A DNA stretch of 64,000 bases from Tricharina praecox (lineage: Eukaryota): contig NW_026250406.1 in NCBI RefSeq assembly GCF_024521635.1, forward strand, positions 1,054,001 through 1,118,000. The letters run 5' to 3'. Below the pieces are notes generated by a model, which was not told where the DNA came from, did not search any database, and was given only the letters and a program-made list of their open reading frames with translations. Below are positions 22,636 to 36,005 of this stretch, piece after piece. Every line of letters begins with the position of its first letter. The first letter of the stretch is position 1. The position numbers were made by a program, and so were the translations under genes.

Positions 22636-23251
22636 CCCGGGAGACAACATGTGACGACACCGCGAGTTCGATCGAGGGGGAGCAAGAAAATTGTAAAACC
22701 ATACAAAGTGACAAAGTGACAGAAAGATGACAGAAACAACCCATATCGCAGCCTTGCCTTGCCCCCTACAACACCTGACCTGCTGTGTGTGTGGTGTGTG
22801 TCCTCCAAGCCCAAGCCCAGCCATAGCTCCGGATACATGCCCATTTCGCCTCGCCCCCCTACCCCCCACAACCACGCAGTCATGAACCAACAACAGCAAG
22901 AACACCTTCTCTCGTAGACCAACCAACCCATGAGTCCCAAAAAGAAAAAAGAAAAAAAAAAAAAGATGAATGAACTAAACCAGCCAATATAATGATGATG
23001 TCAATGAAGATGAAGATGGTGACAACGAAGAAAAGCGACAAATGAGAAGAAAAAAAAGGGCCCCCAAAAAAAAAAGCAATACCCCCACGCAATCCCCACT
23101 TGTGATGCTGTCCTTTAGAAACCCAACAAAAAAGCCAAGAAATTAGTTCCCCGTTCCGTTACGCCAGTGATCGTTTTCTCGTGAAGGATGCAATAAATGT
23201 TTCAACGTAGCGAAAGTGACTCCCCACGCAAATGCCGATGCAAATCCCCTC

Positions 23252-25174
23252 CTATCTAGTGCCTATAGCGCCCGGTCCGGGAGAATATCCATCGCCGATA
23301 GAACGCATGTCCAATGGTGACCGGAGATCCGGCGTGGTTCCCGAGTAAAAGGCCGAGCCGGTGGTTGGGATACCGGGAGGCAAGCGTGACGTGGGCTGCG
23401 AACCACCGAGTATGCCGCCACGGCCGAATATGCTGTTCTGTTCCCTCAGCGGCGTCGAAGAGCCATTCCCGAACAATCCGGGTGGAGGACCGGTGGGGTC
23501 GCTAGAAGTTGGAGTGGACAACGACATCTGACGGGATGGCGCCGGAAGTCCCGGTGGAGCACGCACGGTTGGACTATTGAAGCCATGGGAAGGAACACCG
23601 CTCGCTCCAGAGATGGAGCCGTTCACTTTCGGCGCACCGGGATTGGCTGGGCCGGTTGGGTGTGAACGCACGCCAAGAGGGTTCTTGGAGAAACTGAGCC
23701 GCACACCACCCTTTGTGCTGTTGGACAACGCCCGCCCGTAGAGCTCGGTCAGAGCCTTGGTGGCGTAATGAGTGTCTTCGAATTCGACGAAACACATGGG
23801 ACCCTGGGGTTTCGTGCGGAAACACATCCTCTTGTAACCACGCTGTCGGCAAAACATTGCCTTCAACTCGTCCTCCGATGTCTGCGCCGGAAGATTACCA
23901 ACGTACAGGGTGTTGCACGGAGGGTTCTGGTCGGCGGGATTGGCTGGAGGGTGCGAGATGGGGAAGTTGTTGGCATAGTACTGCTTGTTAACCGCCGAGG
24001 CCGGCCAACCGTTTGGCGAGTTGACAGACATTGGCGAAGTTAATCCCGGCGCAGCAACAGGGGGCGCGGTGAGGGGCGATGTGATCCCTGCCTGCGAATA
24101 TCCATTCACACCGACCGTGGAGAGTGGTGGCAAGCCGCCAAAGCGGCTGGTGGTGGGCTGGGCGGGATTGGTCTGCCGGCGAGGCCTCGCGAAGGATAAG
24201 GGGTCGTAATTCTCTCCGGAGTCGTGATCCAGCGTCATTCCGCGGCTGGGAAGGAGATTGGCCATGTTGTCGAGATAACTGTCGGCCAGGAAGGCGTTCT
24301 CGTAACCGTTAGCGCCACCAAGACCGTTCATGCCACCGTTCATCTGGTCGTTAACACTCAGTCGGTCCAACGCAGCCACCATGGCATCTGACGCAGGGGT
24401 CCCGTTCCCGTTGGTGTTTCCACCGACCCGCCCCATCCCGTTCATGCTCGGGAAAACGTCGTTGCCAAGACCGGAGTCGGTCCTACCGATCACACCGTTG
24501 CCCGTGTGACCGTTACCCATGGGTGATGTTAAGTGACGGGAAGCCACAGTTGTATATTCGCTCAATGGCTTCGTACCGATGGTGCCGGGGGTAGTCAGGC
24601 CATCCGAGCTCGAGGGTGACTGCGATGTGAAGTCGGGTGCAAACATCTCCAGAGAGGCTGCCATCGCAACGATCTCGGATGGAGTGGGCCTGGGGACCAT
24701 CGCGACAGTGATGTTGTGTCCGTTGAACTCTTTGCCGTTCAGCAGTCGCTCGGCCTCCTGTGCGCATTCCGCGTTCTGGAGACGCACATACGCGTCGGTC
24801 GAGTACGGACCCTTTACCGCCGGGTCGCTTCGAATGATCCTGACATCCTCAAATCCAACGCTGAAGATGAACATCGTCTTGACCTCCTTCGCCGTAACAC
24901 TGGCGGCCAGACGATCGATCTTGACACCATTCCATTCCCTCGAAGGCGATCCAAAAAAGTCCATCAGATCGTTTGCTCCAGGCGAAGGCGGGCTGTAGCG
25001 CCGCGGTGTCGCAGAGCTGCTGACCGACAGTGGGGCGGTAGTGTGGTCACCACCGCCGGGCATCATACGTGAAAACGCCAGCGATTCCGGCATCCAATTC
25101 AGACTCTGGAGAATGGAAGATTGTTGATTTGAGGGTGAGGAACCCATGCCGGATGCCCCTGGAGGGGTTTGCAT
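23252..25174 (-). CDS. WHI3: Whi3/Whi4/Scw1-family RNA-binding protein (RRM), 640 aa, apparently intronless
   Basis: Signature [21 protein letters not shown]...[25 protein letters not shown]...[26 protein letters not shown], a second degenerate N-terminal RRM and low-complexity G/N/P/S linkers. Confidence 0.92.
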   Translation of the reverse strand: MQTPPGASGMGSSPSNQQSSILQSLNWMPESLAFSRMMPGGGDHTTAPLSVSSSATPRRYSPPSPGANDLMDFFGSPSREWNGVKIDRLAASVTAKEVKTMFIFSVGFEDVRIIRSDPAVKGPYSTDAYVRLQNAECAQEAERLLNGKEFNGHNITVAMVPRPTPSEIVAMAASLEMFAPDFTSQSPSSSDGLTTPGTIGTKPLSEYTTVASRHLTSPMGNGHTGNGVIGRTDSGLGNDVFPSMNGMGRVGGNTNGNGTPASDAMVAALDRLSVNDQMNGGMNGLGGANGYENAFLADSYLDNMANLLPSRGMTLDHDSGENYDPLSFARPRRQTNPAQPTTSRFGGLPPLSTVGVNGYSQAGITSPLTAPPVAAPGLTSPMSVNSPNGWPASAVNKQYYANNFPISHPPANPADQNPPCNTLYVGNLPAQTSEDELKAMFCRQRGYKRMCFRTKPQGPMCFVEFEDTHYATKALTELYGRALSNSTKGGVRLSFSKNPLGVRSHPTGPANPGAPKVNGSISGASGVPSHGFNSPTVRAPPGLPAPSRQMSLSTPTSSDPTGPPPGLFGNGSSTPLREQNSIFGRGGILGGSQPTSRLPPGIPTTGSAFYSGTTPDLRSPLDMRSIGDGYSPGPGAIGTR

Positions 25175-28100
25175 GATTTGTAGTAGCGGTGTAGTGGTGT
25201 TTTAAACGCCTTTATTTATTTTTTCTCCGGTAATTTTTTCTTTTCTTTTCCGGTTTGGTTGAAGAAGCCGATGATCGCGCGGAACCCGGTATTTGTCGCA
25301 AGTAGATCTTTGCGCGAGTAGAAATAACGAGCGTTGATCAAAGCTTGTGTCGCTGAGTACTATCGAGACCCGAAAACCCGAGAGAATTCCACGTTTTTTT
25401 CCGCGGTGCCTTCCGGGTTATTTGCGATTCAAACTAGCAGGCTGTCGCGGGTGGGAGAATAGCGGGGGGAGGGATGGCGTTGTCGTTGTTACTGTTGTTT
25501 TGATGCCGATAACGAAGGCCGTAACCGAGGGGGAAAACTGCAGTCTTGTGAGATAAACCGCACGCACGCACACACACACCCAGACTCCTCCTACGCCCAA
25601 AATGCGGTGGAACAAAGACTTACAGTCACGGAAAGAAAGAGAAGATGGCTAGTACCGAGTAGATGCGCGTGGCAGGACCGGATCCGTAGTCGAAAAAAAC
25701 TTTACTTGAAATTCGTCGCGAAGCGCAGAGACCAGCAGCGGCGGTGTTTTTTTTTAATTTATCGCGGTTGGTGACGCGCGCAAAGATCAGATGGCGAGCG
25801 AAGAGCGACCGAGCGAGTGGGTAGGGTGAGCGATGGATCGCAAAGAGAGCAGAGCAGCAACCGGGAGTGCGCGACAGCGGAGACGGATGCGACAAGGGGA
25901 AAAGATGATCCTCGTGACGAAGAGAAGTCGAGTGGACAAAGGATCCGAAGAGAAAGCGATCGATGCGCGCGGCGATTTCGAAGGCGAACGGGCAGGTAGG
26001 CGTGTGGGAGGGATTTGTTGGGTTTGGGGTTTTGGATGTGGACGGGTTGGTTGGTTGATGCGGTTGCGGTGCGGTTGCGATGCGGCGCAGAGTGGGAACG
26101 GACGATTGATTAATGCCTGTACAAGCAGATGGGTTTCGCTGACGATGATGATGCTGATGCTTCTGGTGCTAGGGGGCCTATTTTTTTTCTTTCTTTCTTT
26201 TCTTTCTTTCTTTTCTTTCTTTCTTCCAATAAAGTTCAACTGCGATTTCGCGACACCGAGCAGAGTCTATCGACGGAGTCCGAGAGCGCGCTCCTAATGG
26301 TGCTGGGCCGTGAGCCGTAGATTTCGGAGGTGTAAATGTGGGGAGAAGTGCGGGCGCCGGAGGGTTTTTGGGGTTGGTGTGTGGAGCAGGAGGAGGTGGT
26401 GCAGGATGTGGAGGAGGAGAGGAGGTGGAGGGAGACAGAGGGGACTGACTATCGAAGAAGGGCGACAAGGAACAAACGAGACGTAGAAGGGAGGAGGAGA
26501 TGGCCGTGGTGGGAGATGGTGGCCTGCGATGGGGGAGGGTGTGTGGTGGGTTGGGGTGGTGGGAGGTGGGTGATGGGTTGGGGGTGGTAGGTGTGGTAGG
26601 TGGTGGGTTGGGGTTGGCGCCTTTGGACGAGCGAGAGAGCGACTGGGGAGCGAGGGGGTGTGCTCGGTGGTATGTATGGGAAGCAGTTAGGATGAAGTGA
26701 CTACTAACTCTATGGTATGCTACCAGATGATCAGGGTGTGTAGAGTGTCCAAAGGGAATGGATATGAGTGAATGGGGTGGTGGAAGGGTGGAAGGTTGGA
26801 AGGGGGCGATGGGGGCGATGGGGTGATGGGGTGAATGGGGGGTGGGTGGTGGGGAGGGGCAGGGCAGGAAGACAGTCAGGCTCGAGGGGCCCGTCCAAAT
26901 GGGATGGACTGGACGATGGCCGAATGGATGAGGCAGGTAGGCAAGGTCGTGAGAAGAGAGTATGTGTGCATATGCGAGTGTGTGTGTTGCGAGGGCGTGT
27001 GTGCACACTCCGGTAGGTATGGTTGAGAAAGGCCAGGCGAGCAAGAGGCGCCGAGTTTCTTTCTTCCCTCATTCTTTCTTCTTTCTCTTGTTGTTGTTGT
27101 TTCTTCTGCAGCCTTCGAGAATCGACAATCGAGACTCGAGTCTTCTTTCTTTCTGCCCTTGTTCCCTCGCTTTCTTTCTCCCTTGTTCCATCCAACTGCC
27201 CCCTCCCCAACGCGATGATGCCCAATCCGCAAATAACCTCTCGTCCGCATCCAAGTTCCGTTCCATCTCTGTCCACAGTCGGAGTAGGCAGTTGTCCAGG
27301 CTCCATCAAGGTATGCATATCCCCCCTTCCATGCAGCTACCAAACGAAACGGAGAGTATGCCATCGGTGGGGGGTGGGGGGATCTAGGTACTCCAGTATG
27401 GCAGTAGAGTAAGCCAAACAGAGTGCTGAGGGCTTCTGTGAGATAGAGTACTATACACTAGCAGTACAGTAGAAGCTTAACCCTTCCTTGCGTCGTCGTC
27501 GTCGGTGAGGAGTCACATAAGCATAGAGCGAGAAGCACTATCGACGTAACCGTTCCCTATGTACATATCGTCACCGTGGTCCGTACGAGTGCGTGTGCGT
27601 GTGCTGACGAGTGAGTGAGTGCGTATAACCCACAAAGAAGTGTTACCCCCCGATGCATCTACTCTAGTGGCTATGCTCAACGGGTTCTGGAGGTTCGATT
27701 GAGACGCAACCCATCATAGGTGGTACACCGTACCATAGAGCAAGCAGCAGAACCCTAGCCCCGTAACAAACCGTCCATGCGCTTTGCGCACGACCACAAC
27801 GCCATCCCTCGTCTCGATCGTCTCCGACACCTCACCTTCGTCGGCAGCACGCTCTCCAATTCTTCGGGATTCGCTCTCTAACGAGTGTCTATGATGCGCC
27901 TTTGACCTTTCCAAGAGGCCGATCTTGACGTCTTGACGTCTTCTTGGTGGGGGCCGATGCACTGTTGCACCGGTGCACCGAGGGGGCCTTTCGGGGGGTG
28001 GAGGCTTGGTGACTGGTCAAGCCAGCAGAGCTGCAGATCCACCATCGCGTATCTGATCACCTTCTGAGGTGGCGCTGTTGACATTCTTCGGTGCACTACG

Positions 28101-28904
28101 AAAATGTGAGTGGCGCGGGTGAGGGAGAGGGCTTTGAGCACCTATGGATTCCGTGGGAACGGACACTAGTAGAGTAGAGTACCTACTCTAGGTGTGGCTG
28201 AGACTCGAGATGGCCTGGGTCCCATGGTTGGAGATAGTAACCACAGTAGGGCTGCCGGGAGTGAGAGATGGCCGCCACGCCGCCGCCCTCGCTGTCGGCG
28301 ATGCCCAAGTGCTGTCGGTTCATGCCCTGTGGCTAAAGTCCGTCTTGTCTGCAGCTCATCTTCATCACGAATATCCACCACCGCCGCCACCACCACCGCC
28401 ATTCGTCGGCGGTCTTGGCACCGGTAAGGGCAACTTCGGTACTCAAATTTCAACTACCAGTATCGACACCTTCGGTAGGCCGATGAAGCTGGCGGTATGT
28501 AGTACATAAAGTTGTTAAACTTATCAGCATCTAGAAAGACACAAACTATCGTACTCTAATCTTCTAGCAGCACGGTTGGCGCACACGATTACTGCCCTCT
28601 AGGCTCTTCGTACTCTTCATGCTCTTCATGCTCTTCAGGCTCTTCAGGCTCATCGTGCTCATCGTACCCGTCGTCTGTTCTATGCATAACTTCTAACTTC
28701 TAACTTCTCCTCTCGAAAAGCTAGAGTACCTATTTCAAGTTTGTCGCGACTCGCGATATCGATCCGGACTGACTGTGCTTTGCTGCACTGCAGTTACTCT
28801 ACCGTACTCCACTCTACCGTACTCCACTCTACCGTACTCTACTCGTGCAGCCGAGACGAGACCGCAACGTTGTTCTGGAAGCCGCACGTCACCCTTCCTT
28901 CACA

Positions 28905-29030
28905 CTTCTGCTTCTGCTTCTGCTGCTTCTGCTGCTGCTTCTGCTGCTGCTTCTGCTGCTGCTTCTGCTGCTGCTTCTGCTGCTGCTTCTGCTGCTGCTT
29001 CTGCTGCTGCTTCTGCTGCTGCTTCTGCTG
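28905..29030. repeat. (CTGCTGCTGCTT)n minisatellite, about 10 units
   Basis: Read directly; it produces the spurious poly-L/A/C/S ORFs in the track. Confidence 0.95.
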
Positions 29031-32000
29031 GCAATCCTACTCCACCTCCACCACGGCACCACCACGGCACCACCACCACCACACATCGCGCGCGCCGTCT
29101 CGCAACGGAACCGCCGGCGCACACTGCACAGGCGGACAAAGCAAAGAAACACAGGAGGGAGGGAAAGTGAAGGAAAAAAGGAAAAAAGGAAAAAGCACGG
29201 TTCCGCTGCTCTAGGTACCGAAACTTCTACCGAAAGAGAAAAAAGAAGAAATAATAAAAGAAAGAAGAAAACAAGTCTAAAGTAAAGTCTGGTTGGCTGG
29301 CTGCCCTTCCAACATAGGTAGAGTAAGCATCGTTCCAAAGCTCGAGCGACGTGATGACAACGTAGGCGTGTACTCTAGGTAGAGTACGTACAGATGGTAG
29401 GTACGGTACCTTTGGTAGGTAGGGCAGAACGAGCAACGAGCAACGAGTGGAGTTTGTGGAGTTGTGGAGCGGATTATTATGTAGAGTACATACCAGCAGG
29501 CAATGCCCGCACCCGCATGCATTCGATGTCATTCATTTCCACTAACTAACCACTCACTCTAGAATACGGTACGGTACCGTATGTAGCTGTGAGAGGAGAG
29601 GGGAACCACCCCCTTCGTATGTAGAGTACGCACTCACTCAGCTCAACTCCCCTGCGTAAGCGCTGTAACAAGCAAGCAAGCAAGCAGGCAAGCAGGCAGG
29701 CAGGCCAGCATATGCACATCGCCATTGCGTGCACACGCTCTACTACTAGTATCGAGGTTCTGCACCTCCCGTCTTACTTAAACTCCGTCCTATTTTTCAG
29801 AACAAGTGCGAACAAAATTTAAACGAGGTTCTGCAGCGCCCGTCATAACGTTTCGTTCTTGGCATTGCATAACCCATCCAAACCCCCAAAAAGTCAGTCG
29901 GGTGGCGGGGCGAGGCGACCCATAACCAGCCAAAGCCACAACCAACAACCCACGGTGATGCCGTGACACCGCGACGCTACGACACGCAAATCAACCGTTC
30001 ACCAGAGAAAAAACCCCCCATTTGTAGCGACCGTAGGGAATTTGATTTGATGCGAACGACGTAATAGAGTCCATATTGAACTGAAGTCTTGATAGTGATG
30101 GTTGTGGGAGTTCTCTCTCTGTACCTCCGCGCGCGCACCACAGGAGCCTCTGACATGAGTTGTGGCTGAATTCTCAATCAGGTAGTTTGTTTACGTCTTG
30201 GGAGCATAGGACGGACAGGGGTTACGCCCAATTTTTCCTGTGCATACTTTGCCCGGCGTCGTCAGCCTCGTCCATAGCCTCGAGGATGTGCTTGACTTTA
30301 ATCCCGACACCCGCCCCTGCACCACCCCTGCAACCCTCCGTTGCTGTGACGACCTATGTAAGACGGGCGGTGCAGAACCTCGATAGTAGTAACTCTAGTA
30401 ACTCTACATAGTAACTCTAGTAATTCCTAGTGAACTTTGGAGGTTATTCGTACCGTATGTACCCTAAATACCCACTGTGGGACTCGGGAGGCCAGACCCG
30501 ATGCGGTTGCCTCAACGTTGAAATGTCCTCCTCCTCTGTTGCTACTTTCATGTTCGTCTAGTCGGTTGGCCCCTAGAACACGCGAGGCATAGACATTATC
30601 ACCACCATCAGGCATTATTAGTTCAACATCGCGGAGATACTTTGAGGCTGTTCGGCCCGAAGAACACAGGCTGCTTGATTTTCTTGTTGCATTCTAGTCA
30701 ATTCAATCGGTCTCACCAGTTGCCCGTACCCGTCGGAGGTCTCTCAATACCCACCTATGCAAGTCTCGCCCGCTCGGACCGGAAGCACTGCTAACAGATG
30801 TCACTTTCACTTTTGCGCAGAGTTCACCAGAGTTCACCTCCAGATCCAGATCTAATCACCGATTACCGTATTTTACCTCCTCCCTGAGCCCTCCTCGCTC
30901 CTCACTTCGAATCGAGTTGGGTCGAGTCGAGTCGAGTCGAGTCGAGTTGAGTTAAGTTGAGTCGGCCATCCTCCCCTGGGTCCTCCCAGTCAGCTGCATT
31001 ACTGCATTGGTCGGTTAATCGATGGGTACGGTGGTCACGTGAGAAATAAGCAGTGCTAATTAGTACCCGGGTGCTCTGGAATAGGTAGTTTGCGCTGCCG
31101 GAAGATTCGTAAGGAACTGGCATCTGGTAGATACCTGTCCTTAAACCCCTATTAGAGTAACTTGTCTGTGCCTGGCTACTCTAACTAGTGGCTGCATCAA
31201 AGTCACGATCCGTTTGCAGTATATGGTAACCGTCCCCTCAACTCCATGTACTATTCAGTATTGGCCTTATTCATCATTGAACGTGATACCTACATTACTT
31301 GTCTATTAGGTATACCTAGTATGTATAATAGGTACTACCTCCCACAAAACATCATCCAGACACTCGTGACCCCCTACCGTACTGCGTACTCCGGAGACGC
31401 GTGGACAAGTTACAAGTTACAACTTCTGCTTTTGTTTTGTTTTTTTGTTTTTTAGTTCAATCAAGCAACTCGTCACTCGAGCGAGTGATACTTAGTGAAT
31501 AACAAATTTCACTTCCGCAGCACGCTGCACGCACCGGCACCATGGGGGAGTGATAGGTACTATATTTGGAAAGGAAAGGAAGAGATGCCACTATTTCGGC
31601 GGACCTGGAGACGCGTCCATTGCCGGACGAGTGCTAGATCATGGCCGGCTACCGGGCTACGGATCCACTGTGCCTAGTAGGTACATAGGACCCAGCACCC
31701 AGCACTTCCTCCGGGACCACGGCATCGAAGGCGTCGGTATGCGGACCCCAACCCAGCCCAATAGACCTATATACTCTCGAAATGGCCATGTATGTCTACC
31801 GACCGTACTGGTGCAGGCTGTCAGTGGTCAGGACAAGACATTACACGCGAGCCACCTAGGTAGTTGACAGTTGGAGATCGTCGACCCCCACGGATTACTC
31901 CACCAGCTCTAGGCATGTACCAGTACCGCGTGTACCATGGTCCATACGTTACTAGCGCTTTCCGAACATACGGTTCTACATACGCGCGGATTCAACCTCC

Positions 32001-34029
32001 ATCGTTGGGTGCGTTGCCGCGCGAACTATTCGGTTTCAGCACTTCCGACGGTTCTAGCACTTTCGATAGTATCGCGTCCCCCATTGGTCATCGGTCCCAT
32101 AGATCTCTACATATCGTGGGAGCGTCTTGGCTTTCGAACAGGTCTCCTTTCTATGTAGTACCGGTACTTCTTGGACCGACGATCCATCTCACGGACGATC
32201 GAGTGACGAGTCCCTCTCTCTTCTACTATCAGTGGTCGTGGCGATAGTGATAGCACTACCTATACAATCGAAGCACAGTCCGTCCGAACACCGCTCCCGG
32301 ACGGACTGCCAAGATACAGTCCAGTCCAGTCCGAGGCTCAGGACGGACGGACTGGACTATGTCGAACACTGTCCCGTACAAACAGCGATATACCAAACTC
32401 GTGAGCATCGAGCCTTCGGTTCGGGGACCTGAGAGAACGTAGTGAAACACCGAAACTTCTACCAATGGGAGAGCGAAGGCAGTGGGCGAATAGGTATCCT
32501 GCAGCACTGCGAACCGGGGTTTGCCGATACCTAGTTGCAAACGGGATACCATCGTCGCCGTCGAAGTATACCAACCTCCCTCTTGATGGCCTCGGGATTC
32601 ATGATTCATCGGCGCCGAAGCGACAAGACAAGTACAGCCGTCTCTGCCCGTTCGCCCGTGGTGAAGAGGACTGGGGAATAAAGACAATCTTCGGCCCTTT
32701 CTTCCGGGTTTTTGGCGATACTCAAGCCCGCGTAGTCCTCTGTGTACAATATTCCAAGTATACGCCGTGCTCTTCTGACTTCAATGGGTACTAGTAGCCC
32801 ACCCCACCGCTTCATCAGCGTTGACGAGAAATGTTGCCGCTGTAACTATCTAAAGTTATGGCGAGGGGTAGTGGGGACTGCGAGGTGCCATTATAGTAGC
32901 GTGGTTGTCGTCGTGCAGAAGGCAATAGCGTGGAGCTTGGGGCCTCAATCAGGGTTGCTTATTCCCATTCAGGGTTCACGTGAGGGGTACGTATTTGCCG
33001 GCGTTGCAACTGCACAAACCGCGCGGGTGGATCATCCAAGTTCCAACGCGAACTTTGTTTTTCGTTTTTGTGTTTTGTTGTTTCATCGTATGTAGAGTAG
33101 GTGCTCGCATTCAGCCTACATATCAGATCGTTCCTGTCCATAGTTAGGGTATGTGCCAGGCCCACCTCGACGAATGCGGACGAAATCGACACGGACTGTA
33201 CATTCTGGCTGGTGCGCGCCCGATGGGATGGCATGCGAGGTACTTATCACGCACATAATCTCGCTCGCTAACGAGTGCTTCTCAATCCTGAGGGAACTTA
33301 ATAGACGTCGGCCGCGCTCCGTACGGAGCAAGAGGAGTTTACTGTTTTTCCAAATATTCCGCGGAATGCAAGTGAGAACTTGTGAAGCACTCTCCCCATT
33401 ACCCACACACTACAGCGACCACTATTGCCGCTATGTACCACAAATCCATACGACCCCCCCCAGAGGCTGTGAGATGGAAAACCGCTACAGGCTACAGCAT
33501 TGGAAGACTGTCGGTTAGGATGTCAATTCGGATTTGCTGGTACTCGGAGATTCGAAGATGGAAGTGCGAGGTGCGTGTTTGAGAGTAGAGCTTGGAGTGC
33601 GCTGATGCTGTGCTGCGGAGAACCTGCTTGGAGAATTGAGCTTGGGCTTGGAATCATAGCCTTGGAGAAGTGAGCTTGGAATCACGGCCCTTGGAGTTAG
33701 ACAGCCACTGGTAGAGTCAATGGACGGCCTGTTCCGGCCCTGCGGAGAGTGAGCAACGCCTGCCAATAGTCGCATTCCAATCATCTCCATCTCGAACCCC
33801 CACTTCCATCCCCCAATCCACCGCCCAGTGCCGAGTGCCGAGTGATTCCGCATGCGTTAGCCCTATCTGCCATCCAATCCAGCCAAAGAGCAGCATTTCC
33901 TCGTCCCTCCCCCCTCAAAATATGCGGCAATCCTCGTCTCGTCTCGGCTACGTATCCTTCATACATCTGCACCGGATACCCACGGCGCGGAGGAGGGGCC
34001 GAGGACGTAATGTGAGTTCCCGGCGGACC

Positions 34030-34560
34030 AAAGAAATCATAATGGAATGTTTACCTGTGTTCTTCCTCCTCATTGACCTCCACGCCCGACGGCTCGCTCT
34101 CCCTTCTCCTTCTTCCCCCCTTGGGATTTACTTCCGATACTCATGCCTTGAAAATTCAAGTATAGCTGGGCTACGCCTTTTATCTGTAGATAGCTCAGAT
34201 AGCTGGACAACGATTTCTCGTTTCTTCGAATTTATCCTAACCGCCGGCCCAGCGCCTGATCTAGTTGTACTCCACGCAAATCTTGCGGAGGTCGCACCAC
34301 CAACAAGTGTCCTTGCTCTCTCTCCAGTCCCACGTAAAGAAGGCTCCGTAAGTATAGGTATTCGGTCTTAAGCCGATAAACAACATGCCCCAGCCTTGAC
34401 GGCCTCTGTTACTGCTAGTCCCGTGAACTGCTTGCGCTGTAGTCGGTACACATGGTGCTTGCCCATGCGTGTCTCTATCCATACATTCCGGGATCTAGTT
34501 CCTCTCGTGATGCCCCGCTTCAAGAGACTGGGCGGGATCAGGCTCAATTGTGAGGCAGTT
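34030..34560 (-). mobile_element. Decayed 3' end of a non-LTR retrotransposon (Tad1-like LINE ORF2 C-terminus)
   Basis: Frameshifted minus-strand translation gives SLLKRGITR...WIETRMGKHHVYRLQRKQ...AVKA / YRLKTEY / GAFF..RESKDTCWWC / LSELSTDKRRSPAILEF. This resembles the recalled fungal LINE ORF2 tail (LKR..TE..W...RFYQLKTGH...CWWC...LF.D.RC..AILxFL). Similarity is from memory and was not searched. Confidence 0.65.
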
Positions 34561-34887
34561 GTTCGATGCTTTCCTAGAGTCCGTTTTCTGCTATCACATT
34601 GGTCTCCACGTAAATTCGGGGCGTGTTTTACTGCTCACTTCGAGTGACAAAGTATGTCTAACGGTGATATCATCATCGTCAGTCACTAGCTCTCTTGTCA
34701 TGACAAGGTTCAAGAGTGCAGAATGCCGGATAGCAACAGTGGGGCTCTGGGGGAAATAGATCCCCGAATGTGTAACGTTTCAAGTCATCCTGACCGTTGC
34801 CATCATACATACACTTCGTGAAACTCGAAAGGCAATCAAACTCCGGTAAACCCAAATCTCAGATACAAATGTAAACCCCACGCCCGA

Positions 34888-35589
34888 TCAATAATCTAGC
34901 ACCCCTGTATCGCTCGTGACGGCGCTTGGAGTCTCAGCATCGAACCACATCTCCTCTGCCTCCCTTCTCTCCGTCTCCTGGTCATCCCAATCCTCGCTCT
35001 CATCGATCGTCACGTAATCAACGTCGGGGTCCCTCCCCTCGAGAAACCGTAGTGTCATCGTCTCACGCCACAGCTGCTCGCCCTCCTCCCGGGTGGACAC
35101 CACCTCTCCGGACGCCGTCTCCGCCCTGGCCTCGACAGGCACACTGGTGTCGCTGTCCGCGAGAGCGGCAACCTTCGCCTCAGCGCGAGTGAGATCCGCT
35201 TCGAGAACTCCCGACCAACCCCGCGCACGCCCTTGTGCTTCGCGTTCCGCCGGTGTCATGTATTGTCGGATTAAGCGGTCGTAGAGGAGTGGATCGGCGA
35301 GCTCGAGGTCGGGCGCAGTGAAGTAGGTCGGGGTTGATGAGAGGTAGTGAAGGCGGCGATTGCGGATGAGGGTGAGGCGGGTGCGTTCTGGCGTCATGGG
35401 TGGTGCGCGCTGTGGCGCGGGTGGAGGTGGGGTACGCGCGAGGTCAGGCACGGACGGTGGAGGCGTCGAGGGCGTGGGTGTTTTTGGAGACTCCGCGGCT
35501 GTGGAGAGTGTGGGCGTTGGTGAGGCGTCTGCTGCATCCGATGAGCAATCCGTTGCGTCCGGCGACGAGGATTTTAAGCGACCTGGCAT
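34888..35589 (-). CDS. CCDC97-like (DUF2052) protein, 233 aa
   Basis: Motifs IRNRRLHYL...YF...LELADPLLYDRLIRQY, MTLRFLEGRDPDVDYVTIDESEDWDD, EEMWFDAE and the C-terminal DTGVLDY. Confidence 0.85.
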   Translation of the reverse strand: MPGRLKSSSPDATDCSSDAADASPTPTLSTAAESPKTPTPSTPPPSVPDLARTPPPPAPQRAPPMTPERTRLTLIRNRRLHYLSSTPTYFTAPDLELADPLLYDRLIRQYMTPAEREAQGRARGWSGVLEADLTRAEAKVAALADSDTSVPVEARAETASGEVVSTREEGEQLWRETMTLRFLEGRDPDVDYVTIDESEDWDDQETERREAEEMWFDAETPSAVTSDTGVLDY

Positions 35590-36005
35590 ATTTTGGTGTT
35601 ATGTGCGGCTGTTGGCGATGGTGGCAATGGGTGGTTGTGAGTCGTGACGGTGACGAAGGCTGGAGCTCTTTTGAGACCTTGTGTCACGGTGCTATTGGAG
35701 ACCAGCCGTTGCCAAGCTCGGCCCTGGACGTATCATGTCGCGACCAGCATGCAAGCGTATCGTCCACGGTCCGCTTTGCCGCAAGCTCTCCTCTTTCAAA
35801 CACTTTATCCATCCTCCCTTCTACATACCACATCACCTTTACCCCGTCAGATGGATTGACGACACGCTGGCCTTGTCGAATATCCTTACCCCAAAGCTTT
35901 ACTTTACTTAATCCTATAGCCATCGATTTACAGCGCGTCTCCTTCATCTTTTTCCGAAGCTACCTTTTTTCGAAGTCGCTGGCTGGTTGCAGCTCCACAA
36001 TCATC

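Noticed and set aside
26178..29338. Pro/His-rich, poly-Leu, poly-Ala and Cys-rich ORFs
   Set aside because: Products of microsatellites and purine/pyrimidine-skewed intergenic DNA, with no domain signal.
35400..36005. N-terminal 200 aa of the 537-aa ORF
   Set aside because: It overlaps the CCDC97-like gene antisense and the shared promoter and starts at a non-ATG codon. The ATG at 36006 is the plausible start.
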